32,000 bases of DNA, from the NCBI RefSeq assembly GCF_000021865.1, contig NC_014034.1, forward strand, positions 2,790,001 to 2,822,000, read 5' to 3'. This DNA comes from Rhodobacter capsulatus SB 1003 (GTDB lineage: Bacteria; Pseudomonadota; Alphaproteobacteria; Rhodobacterales; Rhodobacteraceae). The position numbers were made by a program, and so were the translations under genes. Below, in pieces: positions 1 to 7,915 of this stretch (its first letter is position 1; every line of letters starts with the position of its first letter). Under the pieces are notes generated by a model. It saw only the letters and a list, made by a program, of their open reading frames with translations, ran no database searches and was not told the origin of the DNA.

Positions 1-170
1 CGCCCGCGGAGCCCGCCGTTTCGGCCGAGCCGCAGGCGCCCGCCCCGGCCGAGGCCGCGCCGCGCGCCGAGACCGCGCCGGAGCCCGCGCCGCAACCTGT
101 GCCGCAGCCCACGCCGGACTGGCAAGCCACTTCCGAGACGGCAGAACCGAGTCTCGACGTCGTGCGCTGA
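1..170 (+). CDS. 3' end of an unidentified protein with a Pro/Ala/Glu-rich C-terminal tail (partial, continues upstream of the window)
   Basis: Frame 3 is open from nt 3 to TGA at 168-170. It reads PAEPAVSAEPQAPAPAEAAPRAETAPEPAPQPVPQPTPDWQATSETAEPSLDVVR*. A hairpin follows at 175-195. No recognisable domain, so the product is unknown. Confidence 0.35.
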   Translation, partial: PAEPAVSAEPQAPAPAEAAPRAETAPEPAPQPVPQPTPDWQATSETAEPSLDVVR

Positions 171-174
171 ACAC

Positions 175-195
175 GGCCGGGCTTGCGTCCCGGCC
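175..195 (+). terminator. GC hairpin just after the upstream stop codon (possible terminator, no T-run)
   Basis: ggccggg (175-181) pairs with cccggcc (189-195) around a 7-nt loop, 5 nt after the TGA at 168-170. There is no U-tract, so this is weak. Confidence 0.25.
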
Positions 196-466
196 CTGCG
201 CATCCTTCGCACGCCCGCGCCGCGCGGGCGGTGTTGCGGATCTTCGGCCGCACCGATGCCTTGCCGCCGTCCCTCCGGGTCGCGCGGCCGATGGCACAGG
301 TGCGGCCCGTTTTCATCGCGAAATCCGCCCGCCCGGGACCCTCCGGAGCCTTTCCCCTGCGTCATCCGTTCACGCTTTCCTCGCCCGCGCGCCTCGCGTA
401 TAAGCGGGGCACATGAACGCGCCCCATCGATGCCCCGGGGCCCCTGAAGAGTCTTCCGAGGACCGC

Positions 467-964
467 ATGACCAAACAATCGCATGAAAACGACGTCGCCT
501 TCATTCAGGCGCTGGCGGAGTTGCTGAACAAGAACGACCTGACCGAAATCGCGGTCGTGCGGGAATATGGCGAAGACGACAGTCTTGAAGTGCGCGTGGT
601 GAAACAGGCGACCGTCGTTGCCGCGCCCGCCCCGGTCTATGCCGCCCCGGCGCTGGCAGCCCCCGTCGCGGCCGCGCCCGCCGCTGCCGCCGCCCCTGCC
701 GCCGCGGCCGACGCCGATCCGGCGAACCACCCGGGCGCCGTCACCTCGCCGATGGTCGGCACCGCCTATCTGGCCCCCGAGCCGGGCGCCTCGGCCTTCG
801 TCAAGGTCGGCGACACGGTCAAGGAAGGCCAGACGCTGCTGATCGTCGAGGCGATGAAGACGATGAACCACATTCCGGCGCCGAAATCGGGCACGGTGAA
901 GCGCATTCTCGTCGACGACGGCTCGCCGGTCGAATACGGCGCGCCCCTGATGATCGTCGAGTGA
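467..964 (+). CDS. accB: Acetyl-CoA carboxylase biotin carboxyl carrier protein (BCCP)
   Basis: Biotinyl-lysine motif EAMKTMN. The Ala/Pro-rich hinge ([30 protein letters not shown]) and lipoyl-like C-terminal domain are present. ATG at 467 is preceded by GAGGA (458-462); the track ORF start at 413 adds an unlikely 18-aa extension. accC follows immediately. Confidence 0.95.
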   Translation: MTKQSHENDVAFIQALAELLNKNDLTEIAVVREYGEDDSLEVRVVKQATVVAAPAPVYAAPALAAPVAAAPAAAAAPAAAADADPANHPGAVTSPMVGTAYLAPEPGASAFVKVGDTVKEGQTLLIVEAMKTMNHIPAPKSGTVKRILVDDGSPVEYGAPLMIVE

Positions 965-971
965 GGTCGCA

Positions 972-2318
972 ATGTTCGACAAGATCCTGATCGCCAACCG
1001 GGGCGAGATCGCGCTGCGCGTGATCCGTGCCTGCCGCGAGATGGGGATCGCCTCGGTGGCGGTGCATTCCACCGCTGACGCCGACGCCATGCATGTGCGC
1101 ATGGCCGATGAAAGCGTCTGCATCGGGCCGAACCCCTCTTCGGAAAGCTACCTTTCCATTCCCGCGATCGTCGCCGCCTGCGAAATCACCGGCGCGCAGG
1201 CGATCCACCCGGGCTATGGCTTCCTGTCGGAAAACGCCACCTTCGTGCAGGTGCTCGAAGATCACGGCATCACCTTCATCGGCCCGAAGGCGGAACATAT
1301 CCGCATCATGGGCGACAAGATCACCGCCAAGGACACGGCGAAAAAGCTGGGAATTCCGGTGGTTCCGGGCTCTGACGGCGGTGTGCCCGACTTCGAGGCG
1401 GCGAAGAAGGCCGCCGCCGAGATGGGCTATCCCGTCATCATCAAGGCCACCGCGGGCGGCGGCGGGCGCGGCATGAAAGTGGCGCAATCGGAGGCGGAAC
1501 TCGAAATCGCCTTCCGCACCGCGCGCAGCGAGGCCAAGGCCGCCTTCGGCAATGACGAGGTCTATATGGAGAAATATCTCCAAAGGCCGCGTCACATCGA
1601 GGTGCAGATCTTCGGCGACGGCCGCGGCCGCGCCGTGCATCTGGGCGAGCGCGATTGCAGCTTGCAGCGCCGCCACCAGAAGGTGTTCGAAGAGGCCCCC
1701 GGCCCCTGCATCACCCCCGAACAGCGCGCCCGCATCGGCGGCATCTGCGCCAAGGCGATGGGCGAGCTGGGCTATTCCGGCGCGGGCACGATCGAATTCC
1801 TCTATGAAGACGGCGAATTCTACTTCATCGAGATGAACACCCGCCTGCAGGTGGAACATCCGGTGACCGAGGGCATCTTCGGCGTCGATCTCGTCCGCGA
1901 ACAGATCCGCGTCGCGGCGGGCGAAGAAATAGAATTCACGCAGGAAAACCTGCAGATCCGCGGCCATGCGATCGAGGTGCGGATCAATGCCGAACGGCTG
2001 CCGAACTTCGCCCCCTGCCCCGGCAAGATCACGCAATACCACGCCCCCGGCGGGCTGGGGGTGCGGATCGATTCGGCGCTTTATGACGGCTACAAGATCC
2101 CGCCCTATTACGACAGCCTGATCGGCAAGCTGATCGTGCACGGCCGCGACCGCAACGAGGCGCTGGCCCGGCTGAACCGCGCCTTGGGCGAGCTGATCGT
2201 CGATGGCGTCGACACCACGATCCCGCTGTTCCGGCAATTGCTGGAAGAGCCCGACATCCTGAAGGGCGATTACTCGATCCACTGGCTCGAGAAATGGCTG
2301 GCCAAGACCTACGGCTGA
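972..2318 (+). CDS. accC: Acetyl-CoA carboxylase biotin carboxylase subunit
   Basis: 448 aa starting [29 protein letters not shown]-grasp motifs ([31 protein letters not shown]). Starts 8 nt after accB. Confidence 0.97.
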   Translation: MFDKILIANRGEIALRVIRACREMGIASVAVHSTADADAMHVRMADESVCIGPNPSSESYLSIPAIVAACEITGAQAIHPGYGFLSENATFVQVLEDHGITFIGPKAEHIRIMGDKITAKDTAKKLGIPVVPGSDGGVPDFEAAKKAAAEMGYPVIIKATAGGGGRGMKVAQSEAELEIAFRTARSEAKAAFGNDEVYMEKYLQRPRHIEVQIFGDGRGRAVHLGERDCSLQRRHQKVFEEAPGPCITPEQRARIGGICAKAMGELGYSGAGTIEFLYEDGEFYFIEMNTRLQVEHPVTEGIFGVDLVREQIRVAAGEEIEFTQENLQIRGHAIEVRINAERLPNFAPCPGKITQYHAPGGLGVRIDSALYDGYKIPPYYDSLIGKLIVHGRDRNEALARLNRALGELIVDGVDTTIPLFRQLLEEPDILKGDYSIHWLEKWLAKTYG

Positions 2319-2323
2319 CGAAA

Positions 2324-2346
2324 GCGCCCCCGCAAGGGGGCGTTTT
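2324..2346. terminator. Bidirectional rho-independent terminator between convergent accC and the methyltransferase gene
   Basis: gcgccccc (2324-2331), loop gcaa, gggggcg (2336-2342), then tttt (2343-2346). It is preceded by aaa (2321-2323), so the hairpin plus U-tract reads on both strands. Confidence 0.8.
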
Positions 2347-3053
2347 CAGCTCTTCGGCCGCAGCACGCAGGTGGCGCGGCGCTTGCCGGTGGGGCGGAAG
2401 TAATCCGCGACAAAACGCCGCTTGTTCGGCCGCACGTCGGACCAATCCACCCAGTCGGTCCGGTAGCCCAGCACATCCGCCATCGCCTCGAGCGCGCCAA
2501 GGCTCGGAATGCCGATCAGCGCCTTTTCCTGCCCCGCGACCTGCGCCAGCGCGTTCAGATCCTTGCTGGGATCCTCGCGCACCAGATCGATGACCTGCCC
2601 CGGCCGCTGCGAGAATTCGCTGTCGAGCAGCACCAGCCGCGGCTGGAACCGCGTCACCAGCTGCAGCAGCCGGAAATGGTCCATGATGTGGTAAAAGATG
2701 CCCAGCACGCCGATCACGTCATAGCGCGCGCCCGCGGCCAGATCGGCCTCCATGCCGTCGAAAATGTCGCCGCAGCGCAGCGTGACCCGGGCGGCGGCTT
2801 CGTCTTGCGGAAATTCGGCGAAGCGCTCGATCAGATGCGGTCGGCCCTCGATCCCCACCACCTCGGCCGCCCCCGCCGCGGCAAAGGCATAGGACCAGCG
2901 CCCGTCATGCGCCGCCAGATCCAGAACCCGCGCCCCCGCCAGATCGGCGGCAATCGGCGCGATCAGCTTGCGATGGCGCTGATTGAGCCGCCCGATCGCG
3001 TAATCATCGCTTTCATACCGCGCGACCGATCGCAAAAAATCGAAAAATCCCAT
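2346..3053 (-). CDS. Class I SAM-dependent methyltransferase (substrate unknown)
   Basis: Rossmann-type SAM motif VLDLAAHDGRWSYAFAAAGAAEVVGIEGR. The ATG at 3053 (MGFFDFLRS...) is preferred. The track start at 3077 is a TTG, so the start is uncertain. Confidence 0.8.
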   Translation of the reverse strand: MGFFDFLRSVARYESDDYAIGRLNQRHRKLIAPIAADLAGARVLDLAAHDGRWSYAFAAAGAAEVVGIEGRPHLIERFAEFPQDEAAARVTLRCGDIFDGMEADLAAGARYDVIGVLGIFYHIMDHFRLLQLVTRFQPRLVLLDSEFSQRPGQVIDLVREDPSKDLNALAQVAGQEKALIGIPSLGALEAMADVLGYRTDWVDWSDVRPNKRRFVADYFRPTGKRRATCVLRPKS

Positions 3054-3117
3054 GGCATTGCCGCGCTTTCGTGTCAAACTCGGGAAAGTCTATGGATCGG
3101 GGTGATGGTTGGCAACA

Positions 3118-3756
3118 ATGACGGCAGGGCTTAGTCCGGAATTACTGCTTTCGGCCTATGCGCAGGGCATTTTCCCGATGGCAAGCGCCAGAGACGCGGC
3201 GGATCTGCATTGGTTCGAACCGCGGCTGCGCGGCGTGGTTCCCTTGCAGAATTTCCACATCTCGCGGTCCCTTGCCCGGGTCATCACCCGCGAGACTTAT
3301 CAAATTCGAACAAACACCGCGTTTCGGGCCGTGGTCGAAGGCTGCGCCGACCGGCCCGAGACCTGGATCAACGCGGCGCTGTTCCGCCTCTATGACGCCC
3401 TGCATGAGCTCGGCGCCGCCCATGCGGTCGAGGTCTGGCAGGGCCCGGATCTGGTGGGGGGGATCTTCGGGGTGACGCTGGGGGGGGCGTTCTTTGGCGA
3501 AAGCATGTTCTCGCGCGCGCCGAATGCGTCGAAAGTGGCGATGGCCTATACGGTCGACCGGCTGATCCGCGGCGGTTTCAGCCTCTTCGACACGCAATAT
3601 CTGACGCCGCATCTGCAAAGTCTGGGCGGGGTCGAGATCCCCCGGATCGAATATCGCAGGCGCCTGCGGGTGGCGCTGGGGCAGAGCGCGGACTTCACCG
3701 CCCCGCCAGCCGCAACGGCTCAGTCGATCTTGCAGCGCAGAACCCAGACGTCGTAG
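3118..3756 (+). CDS. aat: Leucyl/phenylalanyl-tRNA--protein transferase
   Basis: LLSAYAQGIFPMA...LHWFEPRLRGVVPLQNFHISRSL...GESMFS...FDTQYLTPHLQSLGG is the typical L/F-transferase signature. ATG at 3118; the track start at 3109 is TTG. Confidence 0.9.
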   Translation: MTAGLSPELLLSAYAQGIFPMASARDAADLHWFEPRLRGVVPLQNFHISRSLARVITRETYQIRTNTAFRAVVEGCADRPETWINAALFRLYDALHELGAAHAVEVWQGPDLVGGIFGVTLGGAFFGESMFSRAPNASKVAMAYTVDRLIRGGFSLFDTQYLTPHLQSLGGVEIPRIEYRRRLRVALGQSADFTAPPAATAQSILQRRTQTS

Positions 3757-4088
3757 CGCTGATGATCCAGCGCCGAAAGCGCCGGGTTCTGCGCGATCAT
3801 CCAGCCGCGAAACACCTCGCGGCCGATCGCGGTATCGGTGATTTCCAGAAAGGCATAGGCGTTCGAGGCCGGGTCATCGGCCGGATAGCGGCAATCGGTC
3901 AGCCGCACCGAAAGCGAGCCATAGTCAAGGCTTTGCCCGACCGACAGCGGCAGGTCGGTCGCCGCCCCGGCGATCTTGTCGAGCCCGCGCAGGGTGGCGC
4001 CGGGGGCCTCGGCCAGGCCCTCGGGGGCCTCCTGCGCGCCCGCGGCCCCGGCCGTCAGCAGAACCGCGACCAGCGCCGCGCGAATCAT
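3720..4088 (-). CDS. DUF2155 domain-containing periplasmic protein
   Basis: 122 aa with signal peptide MIRAALVAVLLTAGAAGAQE. LRGLDKIAGAATDLPLSVGQS...FLEI...WM core is typical of DUF2155. The start overlaps the mlaD stop (ATGA at 4085-4088). Confidence 0.8.
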   Translation of the reverse strand: MIRAALVAVLLTAGAAGAQEAPEGLAEAPGATLRGLDKIAGAATDLPLSVGQSLDYGSLSVRLTDCRYPADDPASNAYAFLEITDTAIGREVFRGWMIAQNPALSALDHQRYDVWVLRCKID

Positions 4089-4558
4089 GGCGCCGCCCCC
4101 TCGGGGGCTTTCTCGCCATCCTTGGCACCGGCGAATTTCATCATCAGACCCAACGCCGAGACCGCGCCCTGGGTATCGACGATCTCTTCGCCCGGGCCCA
4201 GATTGACCGGGCTGCCGCCGGGCAGGATCTCGACGAAGGCGCCGCCCAGAAGCCCCTCGGTCGCGATCAGGATCTGGCTGTCATCGGGAATGTCGACGCC
4301 CGGTTTCATCGCCACCGTGGTATCGGCAAAAAACGTCTGCGGGTTCAAAGCGATATCGGTGACCGAGCCGACCTTGACCCCGGCCATCCGCACATCGGTG
4401 CCGACGGTGATCCCCTCGACCGAGCGGAACGAGGCTTTCAGCGGATAGCCGCTAGCCGCGGTGCCGAAGCTGTGCCCCTGCCCCGCCCACAGAAAAAATC
4501 CGACCGCGACGGCCAGAACGGCCGCCCCGGTAAGCACTTCGACGCGATTTTCACTCAT
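4085..4558 (-). CDS. mlaD: MlaD-family (MCE domain) outer-membrane lipid asymmetry maintenance protein
   Basis: MSENRVEVLTGAAVLAVAVGFFLWAG N-terminal anchor, followed by an MCE domain (YPLKASFRSVEGITVGTDVRMAGVKVGSV). ATG at 4556-4558. The 299-aa track ORF is an upstream open-frame extension across the neighbouring gene. Confidence 0.85.
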   Translation of the reverse strand: MSENRVEVLTGAAVLAVAVGFFLWAGQGHSFGTAASGYPLKASFRSVEGITVGTDVRMAGVKVGSVTDIALNPQTFFADTTVAMKPGVDIPDDSQILIATEGLLGGAFVEILPGGSPVNLGPGEEIVDTQGAVSALGLMMKFAGAKDGEKAPEGAAP

Positions 4559-4602
4559 GATTTCCAGCCGGTTGCACGGAAGGACGGGGGATGCGGGCGC
4601 GG

Positions 4603-4977
4603 TTACTCCGGCTGCCAGGCATCGTAATCGCTGCGGGCCGCGGGCTCGGCCCGACGCAGCGAGCCCGGCGGCACGAAAGCGGTGGCCAGGCCGGTCTGAT
4701 TCTGCTGATGCGGCAGTTCCCAGGGCTTGTGATCCAGCGGCGCCCGGGTCGGCGGCTCGTTCCAGGTGAAATGGATCCAGCCGTGCCAATCGGGGGGGAT
4801 GCGGCTGGCCTGCACTTCGCCGTTGTAGATCACCCAGCGCCGTTTGCCATCCTTGCTTTGGTAGTAGCAATTGCCCTCGGCATCCTCGCCGACCTTCACC
4901 CCGTGACGCGCGGTGAAGATCTGGGTGCCGAGAGTCTGGCTGTTCCACCACGTCAGCAGGCGCAGCAGGAATTTCAT
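4603..4977 (-). CDS. NADH:ubiquinone oxidoreductase subunit NDUFA12-like protein
   Basis: [76 protein letters not shown] is the characteristic NDUFA12/B17.2 family sequence. Confidence 0.9.
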   Translation of the reverse strand: MKFLLRLLTWWNSQTLGTQIFTARHGVKVGEDAEGNCYYQSKDGKRRWVIYNGEVQASRIPPDWHGWIHFTWNEPPTRAPLDHKPWELPHQQNQTGLATAFVPPGSLRRAEPAARSDYDAWQPE

Positions 4978-5057
4978 ATCTCACCTCCGCATCTTTGGCC
5001 CCGTTATAGCGGCAGGGCCACCAAGGTCCAGTGTTTTGCGGACCCGTTCAGCACAAA

Positions 5058-5075
5058 GGGCGGGTTTCCCCGCCC
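5058..5075 (-). terminator. Rho-independent terminator downstream of clpX
   Basis: gggcggg (5058-5064), loop tttc, cccgccc (5069-5075). On the minus strand the hairpin is followed by CTTTGTG. It lies about 25 nt after the clpX stop (5100-5102). Confidence 0.6.
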
Positions 5076-5099
5076 CTTCCGTTTCACGACGACCGGGGC

Positions 5100-6374
5100 T
5101 CAGCCAGCGGTCTTCGGTTCCTTTTTGCCCGAGGTCTCGGCGTAGATCAGCAAGGGCTTGGCGCCATTGGCCATTTCCACCGCCTCGTCATTCACCACCA
5201 CCTCGCGCACGCCTTCCATGCCCGGCAGTTCGAACATCGTGTCAAGCAGGATGTCCTCCATGATCGAGCGCAGGCCGCGCGCGCCGGTCTTGCGCTTGAT
5301 CGCGCGGGCGGCAATCGCCTTCATCGCATCGGGGGTGAAGGTCAGCTTCACGCCCTCGATCTCGAATAGCCGCTGGTATTGCTTGACCAGGGCGTTCTTC
5401 GGCTCGGTCAGGATCGTCACCAGCGCGGCTTCGTCCAGATCTTCCAGCGTCGCGATCACCGGCAGACGGCCGACGAATTCCGGGATCAGACCGAATTTCA
5501 GCAGATCTTCCGGCTCGAGTTCCTTGAACAGCTCGCCCGCGCCCCGCGATTCCGGGTCCTTCACATCGGCGCCAAAGCCGATCGCCGAACCCTTGCCGCG
5601 CTGCGCGATGATTCGATCCAGCCCCGCAAAGGCGCCGCCACAGATGAACAGGATGTTCGTCGTGTCCACCTGCAGGAATTCCTGCTGCGGATGCTTGCGC
5701 CCGCCCTGCGGCGGAACGCTGGCCACGGTGCCTTCCATGATCTTCAAAAGCGCCTGCTGCACCCCCTCGCCCGAGACATCGCGGGTGATCGAGGGGTTGT
5801 CCGACTTGCGGGTGATCTTGTCGACTTCGTCGATGTAGACGATGCCGCGCTGCGCCCGTTCGACGTTATATTCGCTGGCCTGCAGAAGCTTCAGGATGAT
5901 GTTTTCGACATCCTCGCCGACGTAACCGGCCTCGGTCAGCGTCGTCGCATCGGCCATGGTGAAGGGCACGTCCAGAATCCGCGCCAGCGTCTGGGCCAAG
6001 AGCGTCTTGCCGCAGCCGGTCGGACCGATCAGCAGGATGTTCGACTTCGCCAGTTCCACATCCTGTTTCGAGCCGTGGTTCAGACGCTTGTAATGGTTGT
6101 GCACCGCAACCGAGAGCACGCGCTTGGCATGCATCTGCCCGATCACGTAATCATCCAGCACCTTGCAGATGTCGCGCGGCGTCGGCACGCCATCCGTCGC
6201 CTTGAGACCGGTGGTCTTGGTCTCCTCGCGGATGATGTCCATGCACAACTCGACGCATTCATCACAGATGAACACGGTCGGACCCGCGATCAGCTTGCGC
6301 ACCTCGTGCTGGCTCTTGCCGCAGAACGAACAGTAGAGGGTGTTCTTGCTGTCGGAGCCGGAATTGTTCGCCAT
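5100..6374 (-). CDS. clpX: ATP-dependent Clp protease ATP-binding subunit ClpX
   Basis: N-terminal zinc-binding CSFCGK...CDECVELC. Walker [13 protein letters not shown] pore-2/ClpP-docking loop. ATG at 6374 (MANNSG...) has GAGG 6 nt upstream. The alternative ATG at 6380 abuts the SD sequence. Confidence 0.97.
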   Translation of the reverse strand: MANNSGSDSKNTLYCSFCGKSQHEVRKLIAGPTVFICDECVELCMDIIREETKTTGLKATDGVPTPRDICKVLDDYVIGQMHAKRVLSVAVHNHYKRLNHGSKQDVELAKSNILLIGPTGCGKTLLAQTLARILDVPFTMADATTLTEAGYVGEDVENIILKLLQASEYNVERAQRGIVYIDEVDKITRKSDNPSITRDVSGEGVQQALLKIMEGTVASVPPQGGRKHPQQEFLQVDTTNILFICGGAFAGLDRIIAQRGKGSAIGFGADVKDPESRGAGELFKELEPEDLLKFGLIPEFVGRLPVIATLEDLDEAALVTILTEPKNALVKQYQRLFEIEGVKLTFTPDAMKAIAARAIKRKTGARGLRSIMEDILLDTMFELPGMEGVREVVVNDEAVEMANGAKPLLIYAETSGKKEPKTAG

Positions 6375-6410
6375 CGTCATCCTCGAATGGCCCGACCCGG
6401 GCCTTTGGGG

Positions 6411-6438
6411 GCTGTCCTGGGCCGAAGTCTAGGACAGC
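6411..6438 (-). other. 8-bp stem hairpin in the clpP-clpX intergenic region (possible attenuator or processing site)
   Basis: gctgtcct (6411-6418) pairs with aggacagc (6431-6438) around a 12-nt loop. A second 6-bp hairpin is ccgctc (6466-6471) / gagcgg (6479-6484), just after the clpP stop. Confidence 0.3.
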
Positions 6439-6495
6439 ACCACGTTCTTCTCAATCGCAAATTCCCCGCTCCGGTTAAGAGCGGTCATCGATTTG

Positions 6496-7125
6496 TCATT
6501 TTCCGCCGTCGAGGCTCGGCCGCGCCGAAAGAATCTCGTCGAGATGGCCCCATTCCAGCGCCTCCTCGGGCGACATGAAGCGGTCGCGTTCCAGCGCCTC
6601 GGCCACTTCCTCGAGCGAACGGCCGGTGTGGCGGACGTAGATCTCGTAAAGCCGCTGCCGGATCTTCTCGGTCTCGCGGGCGTGGATCATGATGTCCGTC
6701 GCCTGACCTTGGAACCCGCCCGAGGGCTGGTGCACCATGATGCGCGAATTCGGCAGCGAGAAGCGCATGCCCTTTTCGCCCGCACAGGCGATCACCGAGC
6801 CCATCGAGGCCGCCTGCCCGATCACCAGCGTCGAAACCTTCGGCCGGATGTATTGCATGGTGTCGTAGATCGCGAGGCCCGAGGTGACGACACCGCCGGG
6901 GCTGTTGATATACATGGAAATTTCCTTCGAGGGATTCTCGGCCTCGAGGAACAGCAGCTGGGCGCAGATCAGGCTCGACATGCCGTCATGGAACGGCCCG
7001 GCCAGAAAGATGATCCGCTCCTTGAGCAGACGGGAATAGATGTCATAGGCCCGCTCGCCGCGCGAGGTCTGCTCGACCACCATCGGCACCAGCGTATTCA
7101 TGTAAAGGTCGACCGGGTCTTTCAT
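6496..7125 (-). CDS. clpP: ATP-dependent Clp protease proteolytic subunit ClpP
   Basis: [41 protein letters not shown]. Catalytic GQAASMGS and MVHQPSGG motifs. ATG at 7123-7125 with GAGGAAAGG upstream. The track start at 7179 adds 18 aa. Confidence 0.97.
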   Translation of the reverse strand: MKDPVDLYMNTLVPMVVEQTSRGERAYDIYSRLLKERIIFLAGPFHDGMSSLICAQLLFLEAENPSKEISMYINSPGGVVTSGLAIYDTMQYIRPKVSTLVIGQAASMGSVIACAGEKGMRFSLPNSRIMVHQPSGGFQGQATDIMIHARETEKIRQRLYEIYVRHTGRSLEEVAEALERDRFMSPEEALEWGHLDEILSARPSLDGGK

Positions 7126-7332
7126 TCGCTGCCTTTCCTCGTGATGTCCGCCAAGCCTTAGCGCGCGTCTCTTACCCAAGTCTTAGTGTCGCGCGGCCCC
7201 CCCTGCAAGGGCAGCGACTTAAAAGAGAGGAGTTGGAATGATTCTTGGCGATTAATCGGGCGGAAAGAGTTGCGCGCTAGGCTGTGCGACAAATGTTCTC
7301 GGGGGAACCGTCCCCGCAACCGGAGCCAGCCC

Positions 7333-7902
7333 ATGAAATCCAGCGCAGCGATGCTTGTTCTCGCGCTTCTCGCCCTGCCCGCGCAGGCCGAGGATATTTC
7401 ACCGCAAGTCAAGGAAATCGTGGAAAAAGAGCTGCGCGCCTGGGCCGCGGATCCGGCCCTTGTCGCGGCGGTGATCGCCGCGAACGAAGCCCATGCCGCG
7501 CTGAGCCAGCCGCAGATCGAGTCGCTCGACGCCGCCTGGCGGACCGAACTTGAAACCAGCACCCGTCCGACCATCGATCCGATCCTCGCCGCGCCGGAAT
7601 CGCAGGCGCTCAAGGCGAAGATCGAGGCTGGCGGCGGCCGCTTCACCGAGGCTTTCGTCACCGACAGCCACGGGCTGAACGTCGCCCAGGCCGGTCCGAC
7701 CTCGGACTACTGGCAGGGCGACGAGGCGAAATTCCTCGAAACCTTCCCGAAGGGCGCCGAGGCCATCCATGTCGGCGAGGTGGAATTCGACGAATCCTCG
7801 CAAAGCTACTCGGTGCAGGCCTCCTTCACCGTGATCGACCCCGCCAGCAAAGCCCCGATCGGGGCGATGACGGTGGGTCTCAATGCCGAAATGATCCAGT
7901 AA
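7333..7902 (+). CDS. Secreted (periplasmic) PDC/Cache-like sensor-type protein of unknown function, probably co-transcribed with the downstream MCP
   Basis: ATG at 7333 with GGAG at 7322-7325. Sec signal [21 protein letters not shown]. The mature part has an alpha/beta sensor-like pattern ([27 protein letters not shown]...[26 protein letters not shown]). The stop lies 13 nt before the MCP start. The fold assignment is inference. Confidence 0.7.
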   Translation: MKSSAAMLVLALLALPAQAEDISPQVKEIVEKELRAWAADPALVAAVIAANEAHAALSQPQIESLDAAWRTELETSTRPTIDPILAAPESQALKAKIEAGGGRFTEAFVTDSHGLNVAQAGPTSDYWQGDEAKFLETFPKGAEAIHVGEVEFDESSQSYSVQASFTVIDPASKAPIGAMTVGLNAEMIQ

Positions 7903-7915
7903 TCCGGGGTCCGAG

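Noticed and set aside
4085-4984. 299-aa ORF fusing MlaD with an N-terminal extension across the NDUFA12-like gene
   Set aside because: The extension has no features. The NDUFA12-like frame (4603-4977) is strongly recognisable, and MlaD begins naturally with its membrane anchor at ATG 4558.
7126-7332. Possible RpoH (CTTG-N17-CYTATNT) heat-shock promoter or CtrA box for clpP, plus a 5-codon mini-ORF (atg att ctt ggc gat taa at about 7238) after a GAGGAG
   Set aside because: CTTG motifs are present on the minus strand but no acceptable -10 lies at the right spacing. The TTAA sequences lack a TTAA-N7-TTAA partner. The mini-ORF is too short and unsupported.
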